From Mobula hypostoma (lineage: Eukaryota), in assembly GCF_963921235.1 (NCBI RefSeq), contig NC_086107.1, forward strand, positions 97,652,001-97,716,000: a stretch of 64,000 nt of DNA. The letters are read 5' to 3'. Numbering within the stretch: the first letter of the stretch is position 1; each line of letters opens with the position of its first letter. The notes under the pieces are model-generated. The model did not search any database. It saw only the letters and a list, made by a program, of their open reading frames with translations, and had not been told where the DNA came from. Both the position numbers and the translations under genes were made by a program. This document shows, piece by piece, positions 41,132-54,465 of the stretch.

Positions 41132-42467
41132 AACAGTTCAGGTTCTTGAGTCATTGGGATCTCTCCTCGGGCAGGGGTCCAGAGGGTCAGGTTGCACCTG
41201 AGCTGGAAGGGAACCGATATCCCAGATGAGGAGAATTACTCGGTATATGCAGGAGGATTTAAGCTAGTGTGGCAGGGGGCTGGGGAGAGGGGGTACCCAG
41301 AGCAGTAGTGTGGTAGGTGAGGAAATTGAGGCAAAGTAAAGTAAAGTAAAACACTAAAGTGAACAAGCCAGCGGGGACAGGACAGGAGCGAGAGAGGTTG
41401 AGGGAATAAACAGCATTTATTTTCATGCAGGAAGCCTGACAGGTGAGGCGGATGAATTCGGGACATGGGACTGGGATATTATTGCTGGTTCGGAGATGGG
41501 CAGGACTGGCAGCTCAGTGTTCTGGGATACGGATGCTACCAGCAGGGTGGAAGTGGAAGGAGAATTGCATTTTTAATTAAGGAGGTTATCACGGCAGTAG
41601 TACTTAGAGGGGATATTCCTGGAAGTTCATCTAGTGAGGCTTATATGAATGGAATACAGAAATAAGATGAGGGGGGTGTCATTTTCTTAGGATTGTACAA
41701 TAGGATCCCCAATAAACAGCACAAATCAGAGAAGCAAATACGTAGGGAGATCTCTGATAGGTGTGCAATAATAGTGTTTCAGTAGTAGTTGATGTTAATT
41801 TCCCCAAAATCGACTGGCTTTAGGACTTGGATGGGGTGGATTTTGTTAAGCACATTCGCAAAAGTTTTAACCAGCTGTGCTATGTAACGGATCTACCAGA
41901 GAGGAGGGAAACACTTGACTCCCTCTTAGGAAATAAGGCAGGACATGTGACTGATGTGTCAGTGGGGGATGCAGTTTGGGTTGACCGTCCATAATTCTGT
42001 TAGTTTCTAAATAGTGATGGAACACGTTTTGACTGGTCCAGAAGTTAGTCCAAAGTTGAGCAAAGGCTACTTCTGCTGCTTTTGGAGAGGAGCTTGTAAA
42101 GGTTGACTGGGGGAGGCTGTTTGCAGGCATAGAAACATCTGGCTAGTGGGAGGCTTTTAAAAACGAGGTGGGGGAGTTCAGGGCTGACGTATTCCTTTCC
42201 GAGTGAGGGAGTAGGGATAATGAGTTGGATGATCAGCCATGATCATACTGAATGGCCTACTCCTGCACCTATTTTCTATGTTTCTATGTAATGAGACTCT
42301 GGTCAGGGAAAAGGAGGAGGTCTGTATTAGGTGTAGGAAGTAGAGATTGTGAATGCTTTGAGGTGTATGAGGTTTACAGGTACATATACTGTAAGAATGA
42401 ACCTAGGAGGGCAAAATGAGGGCATGAAATAGCTTTGGCAGATGAGGTAAAGGGGCATGCTATAAGG

Positions 42468-42856
42468 TATTCATTCATTATGTGCCGTGCCATATCACAT
42501 GGACGATCATCGTCTTTCCATAACCATGATTGTTCTTGGCAAATTTTTCTACAGAAGTGGTTTGCCATTGCCTTTTTCTGAGCAGCATCTTTACAAAATG
42601 GGTGACCCCAGCTATTATCAATATTCTTCAGAGATTGTCTGCCTGATGTCAGTGGTCACAGAACCAGGACTTGTGATGTGCACCAGCTGCTCATACGACC
42701 ATCCACCACCTGCTCCCATGGCTTCACGTGACCCCGATCTGGGCGGGGGGGGCGAGCTAAACAGGTGCTACACCTTGCCCAAGGGTGACCTGCCGGCTGG
42801 CAGAGGGAAAGAGCGCCTTGCACCTCCTTTGGTAGAGACGTGTTTCCACCCCACCA
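42468..42856 (-). mobile_element. SINE-like element with RTE-type 3' motif
   Basis: GGCAATGGCAAACCACTTC motif and (ATGA)n-like tail; partial copy at about 40740-40850 (+). Confidence 0.55.
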
Positions 42857-44229
42857 AATGGGTAACAATAGCAAATGGGTAACAAAGGAGGGAACAAGCC
42901 TTCTTAAGGATCAGTGTGGTTGTCTATGTGTGGAGCCACGAGAGACAGGCAGGCCTTAAAATGAATACTTCTTGTCAGTGTTTACTGTGGAGAAAGTCAT
43001 GGAACCTAGGGAATTCAGGGAAGCAAATACTGAAACATACAAAAGAGGAGATGCGGGCAGACTTAAAGCATATAAAGGTGGATAAATTCCTGGGATCTGA
43101 CCAAGTGCATCCCAGGACATTGTGGGAAGTAAGAGAAGTAATTGCTGGGGCCCTGGCAGAGACATTTGCATCATTGTTAGCTACAGATAAGGTAACTGAG
43201 AGAGTGGTTAACACCATACCATTATTTAAGGAGGGCTGCAGAGCCAAGACAGGGAGCTCAGTGAGCTGATATCAGTGATGGGAAAGAGAAAGTGGTAGAG
43301 GAGGGGACAGTTCAAATGCTTAAAAGACATTTGGATCACTATTCCCTCTAAGTTGCGCATCTGTGTGACCATGTGGTAACTGAAATGCTCCCACGCACAT
43401 AGCCTTCATTGCCATGCAGCTGGAATTGTCTTTTATGTAGTGTTTTATTCAAGTGCCACACAGTTTTCAGGCCATGTAAAAACATGCTGGTCCACGCAAC
43501 TGTATAAAAAATTAGAGGAGATGTTGATTTGGACAGTTGCACATATCAGAAAGGTTTAGTGGGATTTGGATCAAACGTAGGCAGATGGAATTAGCCTCGG
43601 TAGCAAGTTAGTTAGCATGAACCTGTTACTGTGCTATACAACTTTACGTACGAACCTGCATGGCTGGTCTAAAAAGGTTAGATTCAAGGTAATTTGTTAA
43701 AGTGGACTCAAAGTTAGCTGGATACCAGTCGAGTTGCTTTTATACCCAACACCAGCAGTGGGACAGAGACTCTTCCTGCTTGTCACACATATTAACCAGT
43801 TAGATATGGATGTCAGAGCCGTGGTTAGTAGGTGCGCTGATGACATGATAATTAGTGGTGAGGACAGGTGGAAATTATTATCTGAACTGATCACTGTGTA
43901 TGTTGGGCAGGTGGAATTTAATCCAGGTTCGGAAGAGATTATACATTTTGGGCATTCTAAAAGGGAAGGATATATCCAATGAACAGCAGGCTTCTTGGAA
44001 TTACTAAGGAACAGAAGGACCTATGTGTACGAGTCCTGATAGTGAAAGCAGAGGTAGATAAGGTAACGAGGAATACCCTGCCTTCACTATCCAGGCAGAG
44101 AACATTCAAGTAGAGAGACTGTGGTGCAATTTTGTAAAACGCTGGGACACGATGTCCAGTTCTGGTCATCACAGGAAGGGTGTGAATACACAGGAGAAGG
44201 TATAATTGGATATTATTAGATATTAGATA

Positions 44230-45060
44230 GTGCTTAGTGCGCATGCGCCAGTCGTGCATGCAGCCTGGTACAGCCGTTCCGATCTATTCTTTTACTTTCT
44301 TCTTCTTACTTTTTAATTTACGTTAAAAGATAATGTAACACGGTAACACGTTTTTTTCTCACGGTAACACGTCGAAGCTGCACCCTCTCTAACATGCTGG
44401 TAGAGAGAGTTTTATTTGGGTTTTCTTTAGCGCTGGAAATGGTTACATGCCGACACGCGGGACAGAAGCAAGGTCACACTGTGTATTTCACGGACCAGCA
44501 AATCCCGGCCGGCTTAGCTAACAGAGCGGCGGACACCTCTGCTGAAATCCGGAGGAAAACACACAGAGGATGCAGAGGGGGATCTCAAAGCCGAGGAAAG
44601 AGGACCGGGTCGAGACAATAGAGACTTTTGGAGAAGAGGAGTTCGGTCGGTAATACTGTTCCAGCTGACCGGAAGTGTACTGAGAGTGGTAAGCGTAAAG
44701 GAGTTTTGTTCTTACTGTTCTGGCTAACAACGGATGGTGCAATCCGGGGTATATTATGATCGAGGAACGTGTTTGCAGACTGGATATTGAACTTTTTACT
44801 GTTGGACTTCGGCCACATTCCAGCGTGATACAACACTGGCGGCACGGGAGGTCGTTCCTGCCTGTGGCCATCGAACTTGCAGCTCCTCCCGTGGAGGGTC
44901 AGACACCCTGAGCCAATAGACTGGTCCTGGACTTATTTTCCATCTGGCATAGTTTGCATTTTGTTGCTTGATTGTTGGGGTTTTTTTTATTGCTATATTT
45001 ACGCTCTATTCTTGGTTGGTGCGGCTGTAACGAAACCAAATTTCCCTCGGGATTAAAGTA
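44230..45060 (+). mobile_element. Internally deleted Rex-like derivative
   Basis: 44850-44940 matches the Rex 3' end at 37321-37415; no RT core upstream of it. Confidence 0.65.
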
Positions 45061-47170
45061 TATCTAATATCTAATAATATCTAATAATAATAGCTAATGA
45101 AATGCCTGTTTCACTGCCGCTGCTACTATGTGATCCAGAATCTCCGGAGGGGAAGGCCGCGAATCCTCGGCTTTGCCTGTTGCTCAGCAGCCGGGCTGGG
45201 GTCAAAGTGCTCGGCAGAGATGGTGCTCAGTGCTCAGTGTCGGAGGGCTGGTCGGAGGCTCGAAGCTTTCGGACGGACTCAGAGTCGGCTGCGGTCGGGT
45301 GCTTCCAATACATCGGCAAGTTGGCGGTGCTTGGGGGTTCATGGCAGGGGGAGTTTCTCCCTTCTACCGTCTGCGTGAGATGATGGGGCTATCGGGACTT
45401 GAGACTTTTTTTTACCGTGCCCATGGTCTGCTCTTTATATAATTATGGTACTGCTTTGCACTGTTGTAACTATGTGGTTTTGTCAGTTTTAGTCTTGGTT
45501 TGTCCTGTGTTTCTGTGATATCTTTCTGGAGGAACATTGTATCATTTTTAAATGCATGCATTTCTAAATGACAATAAACGAGGACTGAGTGTCCTCATAA
45601 TCTAATCTAATCTGGAAAGAAAAGGTGCCGAGGAGAGTCACCAGGATGTAGACTGGGATCTGGGATGGATTGTTTCCATTATGAGGAGAGGATGAACAGA
45701 CTGAGTTAGTTTTCATTGGAGCAGAGGAGGCTGATAGAGGTTCACACAATTATGAGTGGCACAGAGAGCATTGACGGAAACCTTTTCCCTCGACAGAGTT
45801 GTCCAAGACGAGAGAGCGTCGGTTCGATGTGAGAAAGAGGGAGTTTAAGAGGAGATCCAAGGAAGTACCTTTTCTGGAATGCACTGCCTGAGCAAGTAGT
45901 GGAGGCAGAAACTCTCACAGCATTTAAAAAACATTTGGACGAGCACGCGAATCCCCAAGGCACTGTAGGCTACAGACAACATACTAGTAAATGTGATTTA
46001 ATAAGTACTTGATAGTCAGCATGGATAGGATGGGATGAAAGGTCTGTTACTATTTCCCACAGAATACCGTAGCTATATCTTTGTTTCGATTTGGGTGTTA
46101 TCCTTTTGTTCCAATACCGATAGCTTGAGCCTTACAAATCTTCCCTTTGCTCTTGCCGTCCTGCCACCCTGCAGCTGGCAGGGTCTGCTCCCCCATTTCT
46201 CCCGTACTGATGAAGGGTCCTTAAACTGAAAGGCTGGCTCAACTTCCCCCCCCCCCCCCCGATACCACTTGACCAGCTGGGCACTTCCACTACCCTCCCT
46301 GATGGTTTGTGACTTCTGGCATCTGCTCCAGCTCCACATCCACTTGGAGTTGCCTTGCAGAACCTCCTATCCCCTTCTGCACAAGGGTAGTCAACCGTGC
46401 CTGATGAAGTGCAATTACAGGATGATGTAGAGGGGATGTGCTTGATTTATAATCAATACAGTCCTCACTCAGAATAGAGGGGCGCCCTTTTAGAACAGAG
46501 ATGAGGAGGGATTTCAGAGAGTGGCGGATCTGTGCATTCATTGTCACAGACGGCTGTGGAGGCCAGGTCTTTACGTATATCTAAGGCAGTGATTGATAGG
46601 TTCTTGATTAGTCAGGGCATGAAGGGTTACGGGGAGACTGGGGCTGAGAGGAAAAAAATGGATCAGCCATGATGAAATGGCAGAGCAGAGTCGATTGGCT
46701 AAGTGGTCTACTTCTGCTCCTACAGTATATCTTAAAGTCTTCTGTAGTGAAAGGACCTGACCACTCTGCTATAGTTCCTAGCCCTTTCGGGTAGTTGGAC
46801 CTGGTGGTGAAGGAGACAGTGGACCATCTTATGGTTTACAGAAATCTACTGTAGTGGCATCAGCGCTGGACTGTGGGGTGGGAGGGCCCGAGTTCGAATC
46901 CAGCCGGTTCCCCTGCACACTTTTTATCCGTGCTGGGTTAAGAGCTGGTGATCTCTTTGAAAAAAAAAATCACCCGGCAGAAGGCAATGGCAAACCACTG
47001 CTGTAACTTGCCTCGTACGCGATTTCCCACTACATCACTACGTCAGAGCGGCGTGGGAGGAAGTCGTCCGCTAACTGGAGAAATACCGGATGCGACGTAC
47101 CTTTCCTTTCCTATTCTACATGTAACATGTGCCTTGGTTACCCACAGAGTGTTTGATGGGACAACGAGGC

Positions 47171-47237
47171 CGGGGGTCCCAACCTGGGAGCCATGGACCC
47201 CTGGGTTAATGGCGTAAAAAAAGGTTGGGAACCCCTG
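47171..47237. mobile_element. hAT-like MITE (TIR CAGGGGTTCCCAACCT)
   Basis: Inverted ends; related copies at 28122-28189 and 55097-55175. Confidence 0.65.
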
Positions 47238-47311
47238 ACAGAGTTTTTTTGACTGGGCAGTGATGCATGGACCGCCCTCTGTGCACATGCTTACGCTGGG
47301 ATGATACTTAC

Positions 47312-47586
47312 TGTTGTAGGTCCAGGTCTCGTCTTCATCAAAGTGGGTATCTCCAGATATCGGATAATCCCCTGGGAAGAAGGCATGCGCCAAAGTGCCC
47401 CCCGCTCCATCAAATGGGTATGCATCACCATGTTGAGATCTCCCAAACTCAATGAGGATGTCTACATCCCCACTCGATTGTTGGAACTCCAAAGGTGAGG
47501 CGTTGCTCCACACCCAGAAGGCGTAGTGTAGCAGATTAGTAATTACCTCCTGACGCAGGTCAGCTACTTGTGGATACTTATTGATC
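47312..47586 (-). CDS. mmp25: MMP25-like exon 4 (catalytic domain, structural Zn/Ca ligands)
   Basis: Acceptor CTCTCCCACAG, donor A|GTAAGT; 275 nt, phase 2 to 1. Encodes INKYPQ...HGDAYPFDGAGGTLAHAFFPGDYPISGDTHFDEDETWTYN. Confidence 0.95.
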
Positions 47587-49441
47587 CTGTGGGAGAGAGG
47601 ACGAAGAGTTGGGATAGGCAGTTTTAAAGGCAAGAGCAGTGACCTGGAGATGCACATACAGGACGAAGAATTGAGAACAGGAGTAGCCGTTTTCACCTAA
47701 CTAGCTGTGTTTAATTCACTCAAAGCGCCAGAGGAACACAGCAGGTCAAGCAGCATCTGCGGATAAGAGTAAAGAATCGACATTTTGGGCCGAGGCCCTT
47801 TATCAGAACTAGTAAGGAAGGGGGAAGATTCCAGATGGGGAGGGGGAAAAGAGTTCAAGCTAGAAGGTGATAGATGAAGCCAGGTGGGTGGAGGAAGGGA
47901 TGAAGGAAGAAGCTGGGAGGTTCAAAGTTCATATATGTCACTATATTCAACCCCGAGATTCATTTTTTCATTCATTTCTTCATTTATTCATTCAATAAAT
48001 CTCAAGAACCATAATAGAATCCAAGAAAGACCGTACCAACAGGGCGGACAACCAGTGTGCAAAAGACAAAAAAAGATCAAACAATAATAATAATAATAAA
48101 TAAAGAAGCAATGAACATTGAGAACATGAGGTGAAGAGTCCTTGAAAGTGTGGGAACAGTTCAGTGCTGGGGCACGTGAAGTTATCCCCACTAGTTCAAG
48201 GGTCTGATGTTAGGAGGGGTAATAACCATTCCTGAACCTGGTGGTGTGAGTCCTGAGGCTGCTGTCCCTCCTTCCTGATGGCAGCAGGGAGAAGAGAGCA
48301 CGACTTGGATGATGGGGTCCCTGATGATGGATGCTGCGTTCCTATGACAACGCTCCTTGTAGATGTGCTCAATGGTGGGGAGGGTTTTATCCGCGATGGA
48401 CTGGGCTGTATCCACTACTGTTTGTAGGCTTTTCTGTTCAGGTAAAGGGCTGGGGAAAAAGGAATCCAATAGGAGAGGAGAGTGGACCACGGGAGAAAGG
48501 GAAGGAGGAGGGGCACCAAGAGGAAGTGATAGGCAGGTGAGGACAAGAGTTAAAAAGGGGCCCAGAGTGAGAAATGAAGAAGGAGATATCGATGTTTCAT
48601 GCCATCAGATTGGAGGCTACCTAGAGGTGTTGCTCCTATGACCTTGTGTTTAAATTTGGGCTTCTGCAGAGGAGGATTGAGAGAAGATGTGAGGGAATGA
48701 CGTGGTGGCACAGCAGAGCGAGTGATGTAGAGGATCGGGAGGCGTGGATAAACCCTGAAAGCAGTCAAGGTTGGGGTAGCTTTAACGGAGGAGTTTGAGG
48801 TCTTGAGGGCTTTTGCCATGGTTAGCTTTGTACTGTTGCAAAAAAAAATCCTTAACTTAAGTTTGGTGAGTCGCTCCGTGTCTTCTGGTTAGTGTCAAAG
48901 GGTCATACAGCATGGATACTGGCATCCTGTCAGTGTTGTCTCGAGTGGCAATCTATGCTGGATCCATTTCCCCTCCTTTGTTCTGTACTCCTCCAAATAT
49001 TTCCAGTCCGTGCAATCATCTAAATGCTGTCATTTCACCTGCCTTAACCACTTCCTCTAGCACCTCACTCCATATTCACACCATCCTCTGTGTGAAAACC
49101 TTGCCTCCTCAGGTCTTTTTTAAATGCTCCCATTCTCACCTTAAACTTACCGTTCGTATCTATTTTTGGCCTTCTCTAGAAAAAGATAGCGTCCATCCAC
49201 CACATCTATGCCCCTCATGGCCCTATAGACTTGTATAAGGTCACCCACGAGTTTCCTGTGCTCCAATCCTAGCCTGTCCAGACTCCCTATAACTCAGTCC
49301 TGAGTTCGAACGACATCCTTGTAAATCTTCTTTGCACTTTTTTCAGTGAAATGGTTTCTCTCCTATAACAGGGAGAAAAAAAAAACTGTACACAGTACTT
49401 CCTGTGTAGCCTCACCAGTGTCTTAGTTTTGCAGTATTCTA

Positions 49442-49986
49442 CAGTACTGTGCAAAATAATCAGGCTGCCTACCATATACATGTGCCCAAGGCTTTTGTAC
49501 AGTACTGTCATAATTATATGTTTGGCACTGTACTACTACTACAAACAAAAAACAAATTTCATGTCATGTGAGTAATGAGAAACCTAATTCTGATATGGGT
49601 CTGTATTGTGGACTGAGAGTGGGAAGGGGGCAGGGAGAGGGGACTCATGGTTGTGAAGGGGGGAGGGAGCAGGAAGCACCAGAGAGACATTCTGTAATGA
49701 TCAATAAACCAATTGTTTGGAATCAAATGACCTTGCCTGGACTCTCATGGTTGGGTGTGTCTGCACCAGCACCAATTCCTCTCCCGCGCACCCCCCCGCC
49801 AAACTCCCTCTCTGCCACCTGTTCCACAGCCCTCCCGAGGCACTCCACCTTCACCGTTCCCAACAGCCTTTGCTCCTGCCAGATTTACAAACTCTCTCTC
49901 CGCCCCACGTCAACAAATACAGTACTGAGCAGAAGTCTTAGGCACCCTGGCTATATATAAGCACCTAAGACCTTTGCACAGTTCTG
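49442..49986. mobile_element. Composite non-autonomous element with Tc1-type hairpin ends
   Basis: TA at both flanks; each end is a CAGTACTGTGCAAAA...TTTGCACAGTACTG-like inverted pair; second copy at about 57497-57524 + 59152-59670. Confidence 0.75.
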
Positions 49987-51337
49987 TACGTTTAGGACAG
50001 ATGACCTTAGATTCCCAGGTAGGGCCGCTTCCACGGCAACCACAGGGCGGGCGGATCTACTGAGGCCATCCTATTAGGGCCTAAGTGCAGCTGATAGTAC
50101 CGCAGTGAGGAAGGAGGCCAAGGACCCAGATGTAGTGGCCATCTGTCACCATATGATGCGTCCTGACCTCTCCCTCAGGCCATGGAGCCTGCGGCTGGGA
50201 GGCAGACTCAGTTGTCGGGGAACTGGATAAAGCATAAGGGGGTACAACATACACAGAGGGGTACCGGGCAGCAGACAGGCAGGATATGCTGCCTGTGAGA
50301 GCTTGTTCTGCACATCTAGAAAAAAAAAACAGAAGAAAATCTATCAGAGCCTCTCAGTCCGTTGGGAACGTAACAGCTCCCTAGCCTTGTCCGGCCATTT
50401 GTGTCTGCAGCATCCTGGTCACTGAACACAGAATGGTACAGCACCATTGTGCCAAAATAAACTAGTCCCCAGTCTGCCTGCACACATCCCTCCACTCCCC
50501 TGCCTATTCATCTTCCAGACTAAATGTCTATTAAACGTAGCTATTGTATCTGCCTCCACCACCTCCTCTCGTTGGCACCCACCACTCTGTGTAACAAAAC
50601 AAACTTGAGTTGCACATTGCCCCTCCCTCCCTAAAGCTCTGCCTTCTGGGACCTGACATTTCCACTGTGGGGGAAAGACTATGCCAACCCTATCGTAATT
50701 TCAGAAGCTTCTATCTGGTCACTCTTCAGTGTCCACCACTCGAGAGGAAACGATGGAAGTTTGTCCAACCTCCCCCGACAGTAAACACACGCTAACCCAG
50801 AAAACATCCCACTGAACCTCTACTGCACCTTGTCCGAAGACTTCACATCCTTCTTGTCATGCTGGGACCAGAATTGCACATAATGCTCCAAGCGTGGCAA
50901 AACAAAGTTTTATACAGCTACAACACGACTTCCCAGTTGTTGTACTCAATGCCCCGACTGATTAAGGTCAGCGCGTCCTGTGGCTTCTTTACCACCCTGA
51001 CCACAAGTTCCCCAAGTTGCTTCCCGCTACTCGGAAGCATCAAAGTTGGTGCAGTATACCCGTGGGGTTCTGTTGAACAGTGATAATGCACGTTGCCTCA
51101 GGCCTGTTGCTCTCGTCTGATGGAGGGACAGATGACATGGGAGGTTTGTAGCAAGGTCTAGTCCTCAAACCTCGGCCTTGCCTGCTGCTGCAGACCAGGT
51201 GAGAGATGCAAAAGTGCTACAGTGTGGTGAGCTTGGCTGGGGCCTCACAGGGCTGCTGTCCCATGTTCGAGCAGTGGGATGACAGGCTGGATTGCACACA
51301 TCTGTTATTTTTCGGAGTAAATATGCTTCTTTGTTCA

Positions 51338-51500
51338 CTATTTTGAATTATGTTACTCACTATTTTTGAACGTTTGCTCGCTATTTTGAATTATGTTACT
51401 CACTATTTTTGAACGTTTGCTCGCTATTTTGAATTATGTTACTCACTATTTTTGAACGTTTGCTTGCTATTTTGAGCTACGTTACTCGCTACTTTGAGTA
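51338..51500. repeat. 43-bp tandem repeat built from related 22+21-bp subunits
   Basis: CTATTTTGAATTATGTTACTCA+CTATTTTTGAACGTTTGCTCG at 51338, 51381 and 51424; degenerate at 51467. Confidence 0.9.
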
Positions 51501-52449
51501 GCAAGTGGGCCAAGCCAGTCTTGAATCCCATCCATCAAGTCACCAGGTAACTTAATCCACCGGATTAGCCAACCACGAGGGACCCAGTCAAACATTTTCC
51601 ATTTGCCTCATTCTCGCCGCCTCCTGTAAGGAGTTTCTACATTCTCCCTGTGACTGCGCGGGTTTCCTCCGGGTGCTCCGATTTCCTCCCTCAGTCCAAA
51701 GACCTACCGTGTTGGTAGGTTAGTGTTGGTCATTGTAAATTGCCCTGTGGTTAGGGTAGGGTTGATTAGGAGGGTCACTGGGAGGCATGGCTCAAAGGGC
51801 CGGAATGGCCTATTCCACTCTCTATCTGAATAAATAATAAATAAATATATCAAATGCAGACAGCACCCTGAACCTCATCAATCATCTCCATCAGGTTTGT
51901 AAGAGGTGACCTGCCCACACGGAGCCATGCTGCCCACCCACAATAAAACTGCATTGTTCCAGCTGCAGCTGTGCTGTACCTGAGATCAGGTGTGTCTCCT
52001 ACACGACGGGGACCGTGCTGCGGAAAAGTGCCAGCGTTGCGCGAACCCTGAAAGGCGCACCCACCTACCAATCAGCAACATCCGCCCTTAAACGAGGACG
52101 GGCGCCGCACCAGACACACAAGTTCGGTCCGGACCTGGGATTCATCCATGTGGAGTTTGCACGTTTCCGTCGCGACCGTGCGCGTTTCCTCCTGGGGCTC
52201 CAGTTTCCTCCCACATTCCTAACAGGGGTGGACGGTTTCTGTAAATGGCCCCTGGTGCAGTGGTAGAATCTGGGGGAGTTGTTGGGGGAATAAAATAGGA
52301 TCGGTCCAAATCAGTAATTGATGGTCAGCATGGACAAAATGGGCTGAAGGGTCTGTTTTGTTACTGCAAGACTGTCCGGCGCTCCACATGTGGCTTTACT
52401 AATGAAGCACAATCTTAAGGGCAACACAGTAGCCTAGCAGTCAATCAGC

Positions 52450-52950
52450 AACATAAGATCATAAGGAATAGGAGCAGGAGTCAGCCATCTGGTCCCTCAA
52501 GCCAGCGCCACCATTCAATAAGATCATGGCTGATCTGGCCATGGACTCATCTCCACCTACCTGCCTTTCCCCATAACCCTTAATTCCCCTACTGTGCAAA
52601 AATCTATCCAACCTTGTCTTAAGTATATTTACTGAAGTAACCTCCACTGTTTCATTGGGCAGAGAATTCCACAGATTCACCACTCTCTGGAAAAAGCAGT
52701 TCCTCCTCATCTCCGTCCTAAATCTACTCCCCCGAATCTTGAGGCTACGTCCCCTAGGTCTAGTCTCGCCTACCAATAAAAAAAACTTTCCTGCCTCTAT
52801 CTTATCCATCCCTTTCATAATTTTATATGTTTCTATAAGATCTCCTCTCATTCTTTTGAATTCCTGCAAAGACAGTCCCAGGTGACTCTATCTCTCCTCA
52901 TAGTCTAAACCCCTTCATCTTTGAAATCAACCTGGTGAACCTCCTCTGCA
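52450..52950 (-). mobile_element. CR1 3' fragment (related copy at about 20425-20820)
   Basis: ORF 52459-52869 RMRGDLIETYKIMKG...RVVNLWNSLP. Confidence 0.85.
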
Positions 52951-53609
52951 CCGCCGATGCAGAGACCTTGGGTCTTGGGTGAGGTTTGATTTGCACAGCT
53001 GGTGGATTGAACTTGTTTTTAGAGGACTCTGTGGTTCATATTACACATTTTTCTGTGGACTTTGACGTGGACTGTCTCTGTGGCCCGCAGTCAGCGATCA
53101 AAACAGAGCTAAACTGAACTGAACTGAACATTCCCAGACTGTTTCAAGGAGTCTGTGTGTTATTCGCTCTTTCTTTGCTGTTTACATGATTTGTTTTTTC
53201 ACGCATTGGGTACTTGATGTTTTCTTTGAATGGGTCAAATGTTCCAGTACTGTGCAAAAGGCCTAGCCCCCACCCCGCCAGCTTTATACTTGTGCCTAAG
53301 GTGCCTAATTCGAGGGGTTCAGTTCCCACCTCTGCCTGTAGTCTCTGTTCTCCCTGCGACTGCATGGATTTCCTCCGGGTGCTCCGGATTCCTCCCACAT
53401 TCCCAAGTTCTACGGTGCGGGTTAATAAGTTGTGAGCACGTTATAGCGGCTGCTTCCTGCACATGTTCGAACTGTGTCAGCCACTGATTCAAAAGTTTCG
53501 CAGTTGTTATAATTACGTGTGACAAGTAAAACTGATCTTGACTTTGAGTTCCTCTTCCCATAAACAGGGACATTCTAACCTTCATAATTACTTACAGTAA
53601 GTACGTTCA

Positions 53610-54190
53610 AAACGTCTGGAGGTTATGTTGCAACTTTATAGAACTCTGGTGAGGCCACATCTGGAGTATTGCACACAGTTCTGGTCACCCCACTACAGGA
53701 AGGATGTTGAGGCTTTGGAGAGGGTGAAGAAGAAGTTTATCAGGATGCTGCCTGGTTTAGAGGGCGTGTGCTATCACGAGAGGCTGGACAAATGTAGATA
53801 GTTTTCTCTGAAGCGTTGGAGGCTGAGGGGAGATCTGATAGAGGTTTATAAGATAATGAGAGGCATAGATAGAGTGGACAGTGAGTATCTGTTACCCAGG
53901 GTTCAAATGTCTAATACCAGGGGGCATGCTTTGAAGGTGAGAGGGGGTAGGTTCAAAGGGGATGTGAGGGGTAAGTTTTCTTACTCAGAGAGTGGTGGAT
54001 GCCTGGTGTGGTTGTAGAGGCAAATACATTAGAGGCTTTTAAGAGATGTTTGGATAGGCACATGGATATAAGGAAGATGGAGGGATAAGGACATGGTGTA
54101 GGTAAGAGGGATGAGCGTTTAGGTATTTTTAACTGGTTTGGCACAATATTGTGGGCAGAATGGCCTGTCCATGTGCTGTACTCTCCTATG
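53610..54190 (+). mobile_element. CR1 3' fragment
   Basis: CTGGTGAGGCCACATCTGGAGTATTGC (LVRPHLEYC) through the 3' UTR. Confidence 0.8.
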
Positions 54191-54465
54191 TATTTACATA
54201 CCAGCCTCTGTGACCCATGTAGGGCCTCATAAGTCCCCACTGCTCCCCAGAGCTTTGCAAGATCTCAACATCTATCGGCCTTAGTTTCCTGTCAAGAATA
54301 ATAACTTCCCATTCCCCACTGGCCAGTCCTCGAGGCATCTTGTACGTGGACGACCGACCCTCGCCCCACACCAGAGCAGATCAGTGAACTCCACCCTAAG
54401 CCTATGAGAGGCCCAGCCCTCCCTTCCCCTCGACACCTCTTCATTTAAAAAAGTGTCGCACCCAC

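Larger units (their letters stand above)
40860..43270 (+). mobile_element. Old CR1 LINE (ORF1 end, EN, start of RT) with nested insertions
   Basis: Degenerate EN-region sequence and KVDKFLGSDQVHPRTLWEVREVIAGALA. Confidence 0.7.

Noticed and set aside
46207..46235. Second hammerhead (CTGATGA...GAAA)
   Set aside because: No UH cleavage site or helix I after GAAA; the other pLTR copies have core mutations.
51338..51500. CRISPR-like periodic repeat
   Set aside because: No unique spacers, no cas genes, eukaryotic context.
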